DNA of 59,511 nucleotides from a virus (Duplodnaviria; Caudoviricetes): IMG/VR virus record IMGVR_UViG_3300003332_000138, positions 1 to 59,511 of that record; one strand, 5' to 3'. Shown piece by piece: positions 49,201 to 56,004 of this stretch (position 1 is its first letter; each line of letters starts with the position of its first letter). The notes under the pieces were generated by a model. It saw only the letters and a program-made list of their open reading frames with translations, ran no database searches and was not told where the DNA came from. The position numbers and the translations under genes were made by a program.

Positions 49201-50270
49201 TGTTTCTATTTGGTGCCGCAGAAAAGGTGAACCGGGCAACAACCATCTTTGCAGCCTATAAGGCTGTAGAGAAGCAGCGTCCGAATATGTCGCATGATGA
49301 TATTATGGCAGAAGCCAAGTATATCAGTGATCGGGCTCATGGCGTGTATGGCAAAGAAACTATGCCTGCATGGGCAAGGGGAGCATATAACCCCATGAAA
49401 CTTGCTTACACATTCCAGAAGTTTTCCCATAACTATATGCTGAATATGCTGGAAATGGGATTTAGCAAACAGGATTGGAAGGCTGTAAGTTATATGCTGC
49501 TCTCTCCTGCTATCCTTGGTGGTACCGGTGCGACATTGGCAACGCCCATGATAGCAGCAATGGCCTCGGCACTTGGTATAGGTGGTGATGATCCTGAAGA
49601 AGCGTTTTACTCCTGGGTAGAAGAAACCTTTGGAAGTGATCGCATGGCAAGGCATGGTTTGCCGGGGATGGCAGGGGTGAACTTTAAAGGGTCCCTGCAG
49701 ATGCACAACCCTATGCCTCGTAAGTTGAGCGAGATCGGTGGAGCACCACAAGGAGTTTTGACAGATCTTTGGAAAGGCTCTAAACACTTTCTTGATGGTA
49801 AAATCTATAAGGGGTTTGAATCCATGGCTCCAACAGCCTTTGGCAATATGTCAAAAGCTGTCAGGGAGAGCAGGGAAGGTGTGACCACAGGCTCTTACTC
49901 TTCAGTGTATTATGGTAACGAACCATTAAAAGCTAACACATTGGACGCTGTTGTCAGGTTTCTTTCGTTTAATCCTTCACGACTTTCAGGAATACGTGAG
50001 AAGCAGTGGAGTGAGAAAAAGGTTTATAAGAAGTATCAAGAGCGCAGAAAAAAAATAAACTCCAGAATCAAAAAAGAATGGCTGCAGTCCAATGGGGATA
50101 TCCCGGATAAAGTCTGGGGTGAGATATGGAAAGAAGTGTTCCGCTACAATGATCTGGTACGTGGATCAGGGCGCAGTGATATCAGTCCTATTACAGCAAG
50201 AAGTATCAGAAACCTTATCCGTAGATCACTGCGAGCCCCAAAGCGTGAGCGTTTGAGGATGGCTGTATGA
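37239..50270 (+). CDS. Giant polyvalent DarB-like ejected protein (InPase-like, N6-adenine MTase, SNF2 helicase, metallopeptidase, helical C-terminus)
   Basis: NHFDxFD x2; NYKKGH..IENPAG..DYGY..D.DHVDVF (~39220-39660); NAHYT, IEPGSGVG, IGNPPF; AHSVGAGKT, VDEAQ, SGTP, QREGRIVRQGN; HELLH at 46674. Confidence 0.9.
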   Translation: MAENHFDKFDAEEKNVPPVSEGNHFDRFDQSATGAPRESAGANENQGSDSIPEDRGIVGDTVSHLARGGANLAKMVGGAMRVADLNPDDNDGFMDRAGQKLIDMGESAPKHAKIFRPDQREAQGEEGFAKRTYGMALESAPASLTPMATAAVGAGIGSFAGPVGTVVGGGLGLLGGIIGTFGMGTYNEARTTALKHLKKTRPELSKNEVTQMAHDNGMSHALYEVGTEALGDIAAMATFGMGKVFFHTAKNGVKATLKGVLAGGPKEFSKKFAKAYVTDMPFEAGSEILAYYGQSKADEKIGIGEGATGKGMLEAAGTAAWMSGILGGGISGYNAVQSRKVMKSLNSDDVVIRERAANTIAGDISRNLDDKKIAKQWRVEAQNAIASGEKIPLDEKIVDFGKEKVAEDNGTASSTQEVPPPTDRQAPPDVEQKPQGVIAKAADKAPVQADSNSGAEAPGFGAIPGNVPPEGEEQKTIFKAINAVPEETFETIVKTKGQDETTTQANQEGEDQGLQKNKGEGEAQAEIETHTLPDGRLINKLTGEIVDPPKKTIEEEYNEYSPDLPPTDNILPEGLTGKAAVDFVKAKSEGLDDQGAENYARLNNGTPKKGEQGEEKIQQNVDGVSSEPAAVKEESKTTERSAGETKRVEVVNNSKSVAHGQEVDTAPSEKQKEAENYKKGHVRLDGMDITIENPAGSTRSGTDQTGNEWSQKLKHDYGYVKGSVGYDKDHVDVFFANGYTGGAGKVHIVNQHNQDGSFDEHKVVIGARTKGAARQTYLSNYEKGWKGGKSVVEMPMDEFKQWVKGEGPSKGKLVTDGTEKTGGSTGSNGSNPDTVNNPPTQDIIEHTTKKGKVIKGIVLTDITMGEAKEIDKYTFRKDGGFFIREKHLKVEEKVLEQTSAKIDEEKPETVKSDEPDKPKANKLTPRQKEAMEWFNAGQSVGEEGMNKGVDGYKGRIRPAILKKLEEKGLIEFLGGFDEWYSVEVIERDNMRETEANLLERQQKKSKEKRKKGEQDGIRGDVEKSGNGDNGSGTAGNEGITDKDSGRTSGNGQVAQGTADQTPAEEKEEGAIRSGGAISSSEKESGNEGVSGLLKTVDNEKSAYGKNNTLVSKSRADEIRAKLKEKLNQLSSGIDPEMISLGTELAVFHIEAGARKFTDFSKAMINDLGDKIKPFLRSFYEGARYYPGLDNKGMSGAEEIESASTSDVTDKNVGDKTEKDKVDGSIGLNPDGQNVFIDKNGNRQHEDGTFLVGSSVAIDLAGNGIVVKSPQMLFERGDTQFLTVEEVAEFKNAETGQTKPESGTIEAGGKKNEPILADVQGVSEDKQSGRTGKIKDGRQTSGVREGSDGTVRGPGTDNNRTDDKGTSGKLRGQGSKSETSKDGSKGAVESRHEGVSARPVDYHITDSDSLGSGGATTKARANIKAIRILKNIQKEKRPATPEEQKALVKYVGWGSSELANGIFPVKKWSHDSRKLEPTYKKGWATMGKELETLLTKEEYADAKRSTLNAHYTSKEVIDGMYSALEQFGYKGGGRAIEPGSGVGHFVGLLPENMPDTQFTTIEMDSISAGIAEALYPNHDIRNQDYSKFKAPKNFFDFAIGNPPFDSIPVTTDKEYAKHKFALHDFFFAKTIDRVRPGGVMMLVTSRYTMDKSGDKARHYLSQRADFLGAIRLPQTAFKKNAGTDVVTDVIFLQKREEGKAKGGLPWNSLKTIKAKDKNKNTHEFSINEYFADNPEMVLGSHAAEGSMYSGNEYTVKPKQGEIGEHFSKAVQNLPKDIYEQGETVTDQEVAEIEFAPDIIKEGAFFLDAKGNVLLKEDGVGQAVSTAKGKKKALIKNFITLRDAVREVLYVQLSETGSLKAAQRNLNKAYNGFVEKHGPINKATKVTRTLNDGAESISYRYPNFQPFSMDPDSYRVAAIEIYDLETGKTKKADIFTERVISPAVEPKVESLTDALHVSMYQNGRVDIPAIAGLMDVSEQEAIDGLGDAIFHDPDGRKWVTDDEYLSGNVREKLVNAKDAAEVDKKYKRNVKALESVQPEDLPASRVTISLGMPIINKKYIEKFASEVLEMDIAVSQAPLTNDWKVVAHSGQEAATATSDYGTPRRNAAALLDHALNGKSVTVRDQDSDGKTWVNKTATETANAKLQKLKTKFTTWIWEDATRADNLLRRYNDEYNNIVKREYGGDHINVMTFPGLSSSIKPYDHQKRAAWRIIQSGNTYMAHSVGAGKTIASIIAGMEQKRLGIKKKPVWVVPNHMLKQFSSEFLETYPAAKILVADEQQFTAKNRNRFMGKVAVENWDAIIITHSAFKKIPMSAEFQAQFIEEQLDEVEIFMQEAKDEGEYAKTKQIERQKKKLQAQLEKIMSGAEKDKGVTFEETGIDQIYVDEAQEYRKLSFVTKKGDLKGIDPNGSQLAFDLYTKTQYLESQTPGRSLVLMSGTPVTNTLGEVFAIQRFLQGDKLKDLGIDYFDGWAATFGDTVTNIEATPAGTYKPVTRFAKFNNMAALSNMWAEIGDYVHAKDLHYITRPSVIGGSRNVVIGESSSIQKAYKKALGERIKTIEARSGKPEKGQDIILSVITDGRHAAMDDKYIDPAAPVREDSKMTKMLGNIEKIWRDTADNKSTQMVFADLGMPGSLEKRGFSTYLHIKEELIRSGIPENEIVFMQDYKKSDQKIKLYKDLNAGKVRIIIGSSQSMGTGVNAQKRLVALHHFDPNSYLPSNIEQREGRIVRQGNTNDKVHLYAYVTRGSYDETMWQFLETKQRFIDQFLSGKVGDDSVSDIDGASNSYAMAKAMSSDNPLILEMAGVENELNTLKSLYTGHLDSQRSLRFGKSRAQRGIESNEKLVKRIEAALKNRIPTKGDAFGMKVDGVDYSDRNKAGKAFIQRQIDMIDGKIRFNEMVKLGDIAGFGVWGTNVGMKGSYASKITVVDKESGLVVTDIAWATKPELKEASPSGIVRQLENQAQGLDRRLERVKEEIEKDYGVIKGADERIGAKFEYQDTLEEKQKRLEEIQDELEKAENDNAGLDDDSEVKLSIGEKTKAVNIPIIGEDTSDDGQRDAETLERSIKKGRKRAGKDTDRGRGHITAVNVHPKLSEGLEKIAKVFGKRVVFVKDGGSGLLNSSGYAIVSVNPDVLYINTENDYLPTTVLGHELLHHLSNDRPGLYNTFKNVLFSGNIINKEKWNEFKSDYNDRLAKIGFAPISESGIQEEYVADFLGDLVSDKTFWNQLAKENPGIFKRLAKAVIKFFDSIISKFKTTIPGAESDKFFKDMVFARKLATAVLADYAGGVNTPSDTSNPNIKHSLPKKESGGDKTFNQTLAEVAPGAVKYIKAEKPDMNFLEILFSTPEYAFKKFGAAWRVLQAQLDRRDLKNDLENDILGENYKDKDGNLIEQGEFFDKSNKLKKENVESYNKVSGYLVGADQTGDGYRIKNELEEWVVKDRQKKVVERFKISEHPEGEAEALAVESMRQHEAADLRSEGFNEEEVRLVLLSRKLTNRAFDLLIADLRKIEQEAKEAGLPTPALGEIDEAGRYGVYNGKKLIAAYESQEEAADSLSNAAKVISYAIYSKKGGAVVRGDFTQRDKAEAWAAKNDIEIREKGSFTVKSKGKYTKLEIRKRTDDELRPLTIQEAIAQMNDLRGVFFPRLREPGAYVMIAKKDGSNPIREHFDIAGLDDTKGWKATRLIKKAINSGTPAGRRIKELRSQGYDVTLKKDDSISEDVFDATRLTSSLDAILQQAMSVADKNDSDQLEMGKQINKILTLQVADIFKARGYLSTRMKRTEEVWEGYEEDMQKALVQYGRNLAAGVAKRDTAQKMILAFTGKDYSWNDYKNDVGEAADWDEYSKIVEKRRVDPGKQKVLFSQVRKFIIDVLRNDEQADRVMGFMKGLAAVKFLGFRISSAAINMTNMVQAVPATISANTDDSILKSLNRVKHAVTVYTQYRTKKGKISETDRDIFQDITSRGWDQAQYNMELASALKSKLGDRWAKFTDASMFLFGAAEKVNRATTIFAAYKAVEKQRPNMSHDDIMAEAKYISDRAHGVYGKETMPAWARGAYNPMKLAYTFQKFSHNYMLNMLEMGFSKQDWKAVSYMLLSPAILGGTGATLATPMIAAMASALGIGGDDPEEAFYSWVEETFGSDRMARHGLPGMAGVNFKGSLQMHNPMPRKLSEIGGAPQGVLTDLWKGSKHFLDGKIYKGFESMAPTAFGNMSKAVRESREGVTTGSYSSVYYGNEPLKANTLDAVVRFLSFNPSRLSGIREKQWSEKKVYKKYQERRKKINSRIKKEWLQSNGDIPDKVWGEIWKEVFRYNDLVRGSGRSDISPITARSIRNLIRRSLRAPKRERLRMAV
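40282..40518 (+). CDS. Candidate nested +1-frame ORF (78 aa)
   Basis: AGGAG at 40271; begins MGFGAM; lies in low-complexity linker of giant gene. Confidence 0.45.
   Translation: MGFGAMLKNLATGTTEAERQEMKELLTKTPDAQAAMDRLPKEQPTKPQPKKKKKERFGAVELSAVQRRNQATKESLDY
41120..41161 (+). promoter_or_regulatory. Intragenic promoter TGGACA-N18-TACAAT with extended -10 TG, and SD AGGAGG
   Basis: -35 41120-41125, TG 41141-41142, -10 41144-41149, SD 41156-41161. Confidence 0.65.
41170..41436 (+). CDS. Nested +1-frame TnpV-like protein (88 aa)
   Basis: Y.QM.REFLK.NNPE.LE.LK.EGKL...helical pattern recalls TnpV; own promoter and SD. Confidence 0.65.
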   Translation: MSQYSQMSREFLKTNNPEELERLKTEGKLQEFEKDLTELYEDQEQTIIGQMTKELPENYEDRAVSLKQAKMVAREQSRADMREFLQGL

Positions 50271-50280
50271 TTAAAAGCAT

Positions 50281-50418
50281 TTGTATCGTAGCGAATATAT
50301 GATACTATAGCCAAAACAATAAAATAGAATTTTGCCCATGGTGACTGATCATCACCTGCGCAGACTTAATTAAGGCCGCTTGTATGGAAGCTTTTCCATA
50401 TTTGCGGCCTTTTTTTTT
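50281..50418 (+). promoter_or_regulatory. Late leader 4: promoter TTGTAT-N16-TACTAT (extended -10), hairpin GGTGA-CTGATCA-TCACC, terminator 50372-50418
   Basis: AAGGCCGC...GCGGCCTT plus T tract. Confidence 0.8.
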
Positions 50419-50427
50419 GGGAAAAAT

Positions 50428-51999
50428 ATGGCAGCTCCATCATACACCACTGACCTTGTTACTCTCGCTATAGGTGATCTTGGCACTGAATCATGGGACG
50501 AATCATCAAACGCCGCATATGATGATGGTGGTGCGATGGTTGATGATAGTAACCTTTATTATAACGGTTCGTCTTGTGTCTCAGCACAGTTCACTAAGGA
50601 TGGTATAGCCACTATCCTTATGGATTATGGTTCTGGAGTTACAATACCTGCTGATGGTGCAGTCTTGATTCATCATCTTTGGGCTGCTCCACCAGCTCTT
50701 GCGACTCTTGCGCTTGGTGGTGTTCGTATAATGGTTGGTGATAGCCTTGGTGATTTATACGGTTGGCCTTGTTCTGGCTCTGATGCCCCTCCATCCCCTC
50801 GCGGTGGTTGGGCAAACTATGCAATAAATCCTGCTATCGGTTCTCCGGTTTACACTGTTGGGACTCCTACTGGAGCATACAGCGTGTTTGGAATTGCCGT
50901 ATCGGCAACAGCCCAGGCCCGTGGTAATCCAAATGCCTGCAATGCTGTGCGCTATGGCAGATGCACATCAATCTACGAACATGGCGAAGCAGCCAATTAC
51001 GCCACTTTTGCAGGGTATGCTGCCATAGACAGTCTTTCGGCAAACAAGTGGAATCTCCTTGACCCGGTAAAAGGCGGCTACGAGCATCAAGGCCTGATGT
51101 CCCTTGGCACCGCCACCAATGCTGTTGATTTCAGGGATGCAAATGTAAATATTTCCATTGCTGATACCATTAATGTGACTGCGGCGTTTAATAGGGTTGA
51201 GGTGAACAACGCCTCTTCCAATATTGAATGGACAGCTGTTTCAATCTCTGCCCTGGGGACGACATCAAAGGGAAATTTTGTGGCCGTGGACAATGCGACC
51301 ATAGTCAAGACCTCCTGTACCTTTACTGATATGGACTCGTTTACCTATCAGACCAACTCTACCATTCTTTCTACCACCCATCGCCGTTGCGGATTAATCA
51401 CTCAGGGCGGGGCCACCATGACATCTGGCACCGTTGACAAACCAAGCGGATCTGTGGGGATGCTGGCCAGTAGTCTGAACGCTGTCACAAAATACACTTT
51501 CAATTCTGATGGCACAGGACATGCGGTTGATCTTGGCACTGTATCAGGAAACACATCTGTTACCTGGGACAACAGCGACAATGGGTACACCGATGCGTCG
51601 TCTGGAAATGAGACGATTGTTGTCAGTGTTGATAATGGAATCACTTTGACAATCAATGTTGCGGAAGGTGCTAGTACCCCATCAGTTTATAACACTGGGA
51701 CGGGAACGGTGGATGTCGTCTCCGGCTTGGTAACTATTACGATCTCATCACCGGTCAGTTTGGTTGGTGCCGAGGTGCGACTATACGACATGGACAATAT
51801 CCCGGATGGAAGCCTTGGGACTGAATTGTCTGGCGTAGAATCCCACACATCAGCAACTTACACATACTCAGGTTCTGGAGGTAATCTTATTTGGATACAA
51901 ATCATGTTAGACGGTTACGAGGAATTTGGGCAGCAATACACGATGCCAGCATCTGACACTACTTTTACGGCACTTTTAAATCTTGACTTAAACAAATAG
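50428..51999 (+). CDS. Virion structural/tail appendage protein
   Basis: T/S/G-rich, beta-rich; first gene after leader 4. Confidence 0.65.
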   Translation: MAAPSYTTDLVTLAIGDLGTESWDESSNAAYDDGGAMVDDSNLYYNGSSCVSAQFTKDGIATILMDYGSGVTIPADGAVLIHHLWAAPPALATLALGGVRIMVGDSLGDLYGWPCSGSDAPPSPRGGWANYAINPAIGSPVYTVGTPTGAYSVFGIAVSATAQARGNPNACNAVRYGRCTSIYEHGEAANYATFAGYAAIDSLSANKWNLLDPVKGGYEHQGLMSLGTATNAVDFRDANVNISIADTINVTAAFNRVEVNNASSNIEWTAVSISALGTTSKGNFVAVDNATIVKTSCTFTDMDSFTYQTNSTILSTTHRRCGLITQGGATMTSGTVDKPSGSVGMLASSLNAVTKYTFNSDGTGHAVDLGTVSGNTSVTWDNSDNGYTDASSGNETIVVSVDNGITLTINVAEGASTPSVYNTGTGTVDVVSGLVTITISSPVSLVGAEVRLYDMDNIPDGSLGTELSGVESHTSATYTYSGSGGNLIWIQIMLDGYEEFGQQYTMPASDTTFTALLNLDLNK

Positions 52000-52008
52000 G
52001 AGTAAAAA

Positions 52009-53544
52009 ATGGGCGTTATAATCGACCACACAAATTACCATCTCTACCTTAAGCAATCAACGCAACCGAGATCAGGGACCCCTGACGGTAACTGGTATTA
52101 CGACAAGGCAAACGATATCATCGAGCTTATTGGTGTTGATGAGTTAGCAACGTTTGACCACACTGGAATGGGCGGTGGCGCATCAGATGCTAATCAGCTT
52201 ACAAACGCTGATGGTATCACTCTGCGTGGAATGTATAACTTTGATAACCAGGAGCGTGTAATTGATGAAACATTGCGCCAATTTCTTCGTGGTACCAGTG
52301 GTACTTATCGATTTGCTGGTGCTTTCAACTTTATCAATGGCGTTAAACTTGATGACACTGTCCTTGGAGATGGCTCTACCGACAGGAATAAGATTCGTGG
52401 TTCTGGATGGATTGAATATGCAGACACCCAGAATGGTAAGACTGATGTTGATCGTATTTATCACGGTATGCTTTCCCTTGTAGAAATTCAAGCGACTACA
52501 GTATCAAGGGTTGCCCTTGTTGCCAATATTCTTGAGGCTACATTGCAAGCGGCTACATGGCTTGACTTTAACCGTCAAGGGCCAATAGATGAAGCAATCC
52601 AAGTTTACGGTGATACTACTTATGGTGATGCTACCGCTGGTGACTTTGATGACACATCATCTATCGCTGTTATTCGTACTCGTAGTTGGGGGTACAACCC
52701 TGGAGAGACAACATCAACACTTACCAAGATCACAGAGTTTTCTGGTTTCTCTGCCGGTTATGGTGTGGGCGAATCTCTTAACCCTGCAAACACATATACC
52801 CTCGCAGATGTCTTTGGTGGCGCACAGATTGCACCATGGACGGGTATGTCGCTCGTTAAAGATACCCCGACAACAAAAACAGGGTTTAATGAGGCTGATG
52901 GTGATTTTACTTGGATCTTGCTGAACACTGGCGGTGGTACTGCGAAAGAGTGTGCAGCATTTCTTGATGCTCTTACCCTGCAAAACTTAGACATTGATGA
53001 CGGTACTGGTTCTTACGATGGGCAGAAAGGTAGAGTTTGGTATCAAAGAGATGCTGATGGCCTTATCGTCACAATATCAGCAGAAGGTGAGGGCCTATTT
53101 ATTGATGGGCTATCGACTGCTGAAAAACAGAATGTCATTCTTACTGATGATGCTGCTTCCGAAAAAACATACCCATTCTTTCCAGAAGGAAAAATAGATC
53201 CAGGCGCTCCAGCCATTGCTGACGCCAATGCTTGGTTTCAGGTCTATTATACTGATGGTGCTGCTGATGCTGACTTTGACAAAGCTGGTGCTGTAACCGT
53301 AAGGGACTCTGGCGGTAGTGACGTAAAAGGCAATGTGTTAGCCGAGCAGGTTGGCGGATATATTAGTTTTCCATATGCCTACGATACAGATACCGACGCA
53401 GGACTGTCTGCCGGGGTAGATAAGGAAATGGTTTGCGTGGTTGAGGGTAAAGGCGGTGCGGCACAGGCCATCACCTATTTCACAATGAAACGTGAAACAA
53501 CAATAGCCATTCCCTGCGCTCCTCTGGCTGATTTGAACGCTTAA
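52009..53544 (+). CDS. Virion structural protein
   Basis: Acidic D/G/T-rich; strong SD. Confidence 0.65.
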   Translation: MGVIIDHTNYHLYLKQSTQPRSGTPDGNWYYDKANDIIELIGVDELATFDHTGMGGGASDANQLTNADGITLRGMYNFDNQERVIDETLRQFLRGTSGTYRFAGAFNFINGVKLDDTVLGDGSTDRNKIRGSGWIEYADTQNGKTDVDRIYHGMLSLVEIQATTVSRVALVANILEATLQAATWLDFNRQGPIDEAIQVYGDTTYGDATAGDFDDTSSIAVIRTRSWGYNPGETTSTLTKITEFSGFSAGYGVGESLNPANTYTLADVFGGAQIAPWTGMSLVKDTPTTKTGFNEADGDFTWILLNTGGGTAKECAAFLDALTLQNLDIDDGTGSYDGQKGRVWYQRDADGLIVTISAEGEGLFIDGLSTAEKQNVILTDDAASEKTYPFFPEGKIDPGAPAIADANAWFQVYYTDGAADADFDKAGAVTVRDSGGSDVKGNVLAEQVGGYISFPYAYDTDTDAGLSAGVDKEMVCVVEGKGGAAQAITYFTMKRETTIAIPCAPLADLNA

Positions 53545-53546
53545 CA

Positions 53547-54890
53547 ATGAGCGTTGCAGTCCCAGTAGTAGAATCATACGATGGCGCAGCGAGGCGCATC
53601 TATCTCAAACAAGGGGTGGATGCGTTCCACTGGGTAGAAGATATTTATCGTGAATACATCAATGAACGTGCCACTGTTGAGGATTATCAGAAGTGGTTCC
53701 CTATGTTGAAGTGTTCCGGGAACGAACCTAAAGGTGGGGGAAAATTCACCCCTAGGTATGTAACCATGATTAATGGTTGCAGGGTGATTCCATACGATGA
53801 AAACATTCTCATAACTGTCACGGGCGAAGCGATCACTGATAACGCAGACGTTGACCCTGATCCTTTTGATACTTCTTCAAGAACCCAACCGTTAAAACTC
53901 TACATAACCCCACCAGCTGCCGAGATCGTAAGAGATGTTGAAGCACTTGAGGCCATCGAGGCCATGTCGTTCGACAGGTGTGTCACTATTGATATTCATC
54001 ACGGACTATCAGGCACAGCATACCCGGCAGGAAATACTGAATACTTTTCAAACAACATGACTGACGGCCTCCAGATAGCGATCAATCGGAGGATCCACAA
54101 ATTCTGTATTCAGCACGACATTGAACTTGGTGCTGAATCACAGGTGCCTAGCTACAAATTCGAGGGCCTTGATGCCCTGAACACTTTAATCAATGTCCTT
54201 GATGCTGCTGATGTCGCAGGGTGTCAATTCGCGAAGGTAACTTTGTCTGGAATACTTGATGGGCTTGCCCTTGTTGAAGACTCCAGACTGTTGAACGTAA
54301 ATAGCATAAACGGCATTGCACACAACTGCCAAGTTGAACCAGGAACCTTGGTCTTGGCTCCTGGGGTATTCCATCTCCTTGATAGTAACTCAGGGCTTCC
54401 TGGGCTTGATGCTCCTCATATTGATTTTGACGGATCAGGGGCAAGTTTTGGGGCAAGGGGATTTGATGGTGGTTTAGTTCTTGAGAACAAGAATGGACCA
54501 GAGGCTGCGAGTATAGATCTTGCTTCCGGCCAAGTCAAAATAGACATGGCCACTGTTACCAACGGTACCATTGTTATTCGTGGTGATGGGAAATGTGTTG
54601 ACTTGGCGACTGGTGAGCATATCTGGACCGGAGTTTACGGAGACTTAATCATTGTAAATGAGACAAACTCTCCAGACTCCATCTCAAGGGCAGTTTGGTC
54701 AACAGAGATCGAGACAGGGTACATTGCTGCAGAGATTCTTAGGCTGATGTCGGCTGCACTTGCCGGTCAAATTTCAGGAGCAGCAGGGACAGAGATAATA
54801 ATAAAAGACATCAATGGCCTTGTGAACAGGATAACGGCAACAGTTGATGAGAACGGTAACCGGTCATCGCTTGTTCTGGATGTTGACTGA
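53547..54890 (+). CDS. Virion structural protein (possible beta-helix)
   Basis: C-terminal LRLM.AALAG..SG...RITATVD..GNR pattern seen in phage appendage proteins. Confidence 0.65.
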   Translation: MSVAVPVVESYDGAARRIYLKQGVDAFHWVEDIYREYINERATVEDYQKWFPMLKCSGNEPKGGGKFTPRYVTMINGCRVIPYDENILITVTGEAITDNADVDPDPFDTSSRTQPLKLYITPPAAEIVRDVEALEAIEAMSFDRCVTIDIHHGLSGTAYPAGNTEYFSNNMTDGLQIAINRRIHKFCIQHDIELGAESQVPSYKFEGLDALNTLINVLDAADVAGCQFAKVTLSGILDGLALVEDSRLLNVNSINGIAHNCQVEPGTLVLAPGVFHLLDSNSGLPGLDAPHIDFDGSGASFGARGFDGGLVLENKNGPEAASIDLASGQVKIDMATVTNGTIVIRGDGKCVDLATGEHIWTGVYGDLIIVNETNSPDSISRAVWSTEIETGYIAAEILRLMSAALAGQISGAAGTEIIIKDINGLVNRITATVDENGNRSSLVLDVD

Positions 54891-55054
54891 TGTTCCCTGG
54901 TAGATATTTCGGAAAAAGGTATTTCCCAGGAAAGTACTTCCCACCAAACGGTGTGGTTGCAAAAATTCTGGTCACGTTGTCAGGGCCTATAAAAAAAGCA
55001 GCTCACGTTCTGGCCTTCATCAAAAAACTGCCAGAAAAAGGGTTCAAGCGATGA
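54890..55054 (+). CDS. Small basic protein, 54 aa (not in ORF track)
   Basis: MFPGRYFGKRYFPGKYFP repeat; TGATG coupling. Confidence 0.55.
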   Translation: MFPGRYFGKRYFPGKYFPPNGVVAKILVTLSGPIKKAAHVLAFIKKLPEKGFKR

Positions 55055-55185
55055 AAAGAGAGATGCCTGTTGTCCAGGTGAAAAAAGATGCGCCTGTTAA
55101 CAATGTTAAACATTTGACAACATTGTTAACCATCCAGAAAGAGCAGCCAGTTTTGGCGTTTAAGGAGGTTAGGCCATGGGCTTAA
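55051..55185 (+). CDS. Small protein, 44 aa (not in ORF track)
   Basis: ATGA coupling; fills gap. Confidence 0.4.
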   Translation: MKREMPVVQVKKDAPVNNVKHLTTLLTIQKEQPVLAFKEVRPWA

Positions 55186-55529
55186 CAGCAACAGAAAAGC
55201 AAGGGTTTGAATCATATTTTATTCATGGTGATTTTTCCGAAGTAATGGAAACCGGCGAAACGATTGATGTCGGGAATTCCACTGTCACTGTTCTTGATGC
55301 TGGAGAATATGACATTAGCACCAATCCTCCTACTGAGATCACTGCTCCAGAAGATGCGACAGACACAGTAACTGACCAGGGTACCATTGCTGCTGACGGG
55401 ATGAAACTAAAAGTAAGGATAAGAGGTGGTGATGAGGCTGGTAGCCCGTACCATATAACATTTAGAATTGTCACGTCCATTGGGAATAAGTGGGAAGTTG
55501 ACGGCCAGATAAAGATCAAGGAGAAGTAA
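55176..55529 (+). CDS. Phage fibre/tail adaptor-like protein
   Basis: K...E.....DF.......ETI, V.I.GG..G..Y.I...I.TS.G. Confidence 0.6.
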   Translation: MGLTATEKQGFESYFIHGDFSEVMETGETIDVGNSTVTVLDAGEYDISTNPPTEITAPEDATDTVTDQGTIAADGMKLKVRIRGGDEAGSPYHITFRIVTSIGNKWEVDGQIKIKEK

Positions 55530-56002
55530 TGAACATCCCACCGTGGCTAATAGAGCTAACCCTTATTGGAATTGGAGTTTTCGTCTTTTATCTGTACAGA
55601 CGTAATGACCAAATCCTTGAGAAAAACAAGGCAGAGGCAGCAACTCTTATCGCTGAAAATAAAGCAGCCGATGCAGAGGCGAGAAAGGAGATAAGGGAAG
55701 AGATGAAAGAACTAAAAGCGGAACTTCATTCCAGGGTTAGTAACTCTGAAGAAAAACTCCTGGCAGCAATAGAAAAGATACCTGACAATATGGTATCGAC
55801 AGTGCGCTGTGATGGGGATCAGAAGGTCTGGGGTGTTCGTTTTGAGAGTCTTGTGAAATCTATTGAGGTTGCTGGTGAGACAAGGGCAAAAGCCGATTTG
55901 GCGACTCATTCAGCATTTGAAGAAACATTACTTAAAGTGGTCACCGAGGTTAAGCAACTCGCTGACTGTGTAACTAATTTAGCAAATAAAAAGGAGTGTT
56001 GA
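55529..56002 (+). CDS. Single-TM coiled-coil protein (holin/lysis candidate)
   Basis: N-terminal TM then coiled coil; lysis region. Confidence 0.5.
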   Translation: MNIPPWLIELTLIGIGVFVFYLYRRNDQILEKNKAEAATLIAENKAADAEARKEIREEMKELKAELHSRVSNSEEKLLAAIEKIPDNMVSTVRCDGDQKVWGVRFESLVKSIEVAGETRAKADLATHSAFEETLLKVVTEVKQLADCVTNLANKKEC

Positions 56003-56004
56003 TT

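Noticed and set aside
35990-50427. Extended ORF-track starts at 35990, 37188 and 50380 (also 16729)
   Set aside because: They run through terminator hairpins or upstream genes; downstream ATGs are preferred.
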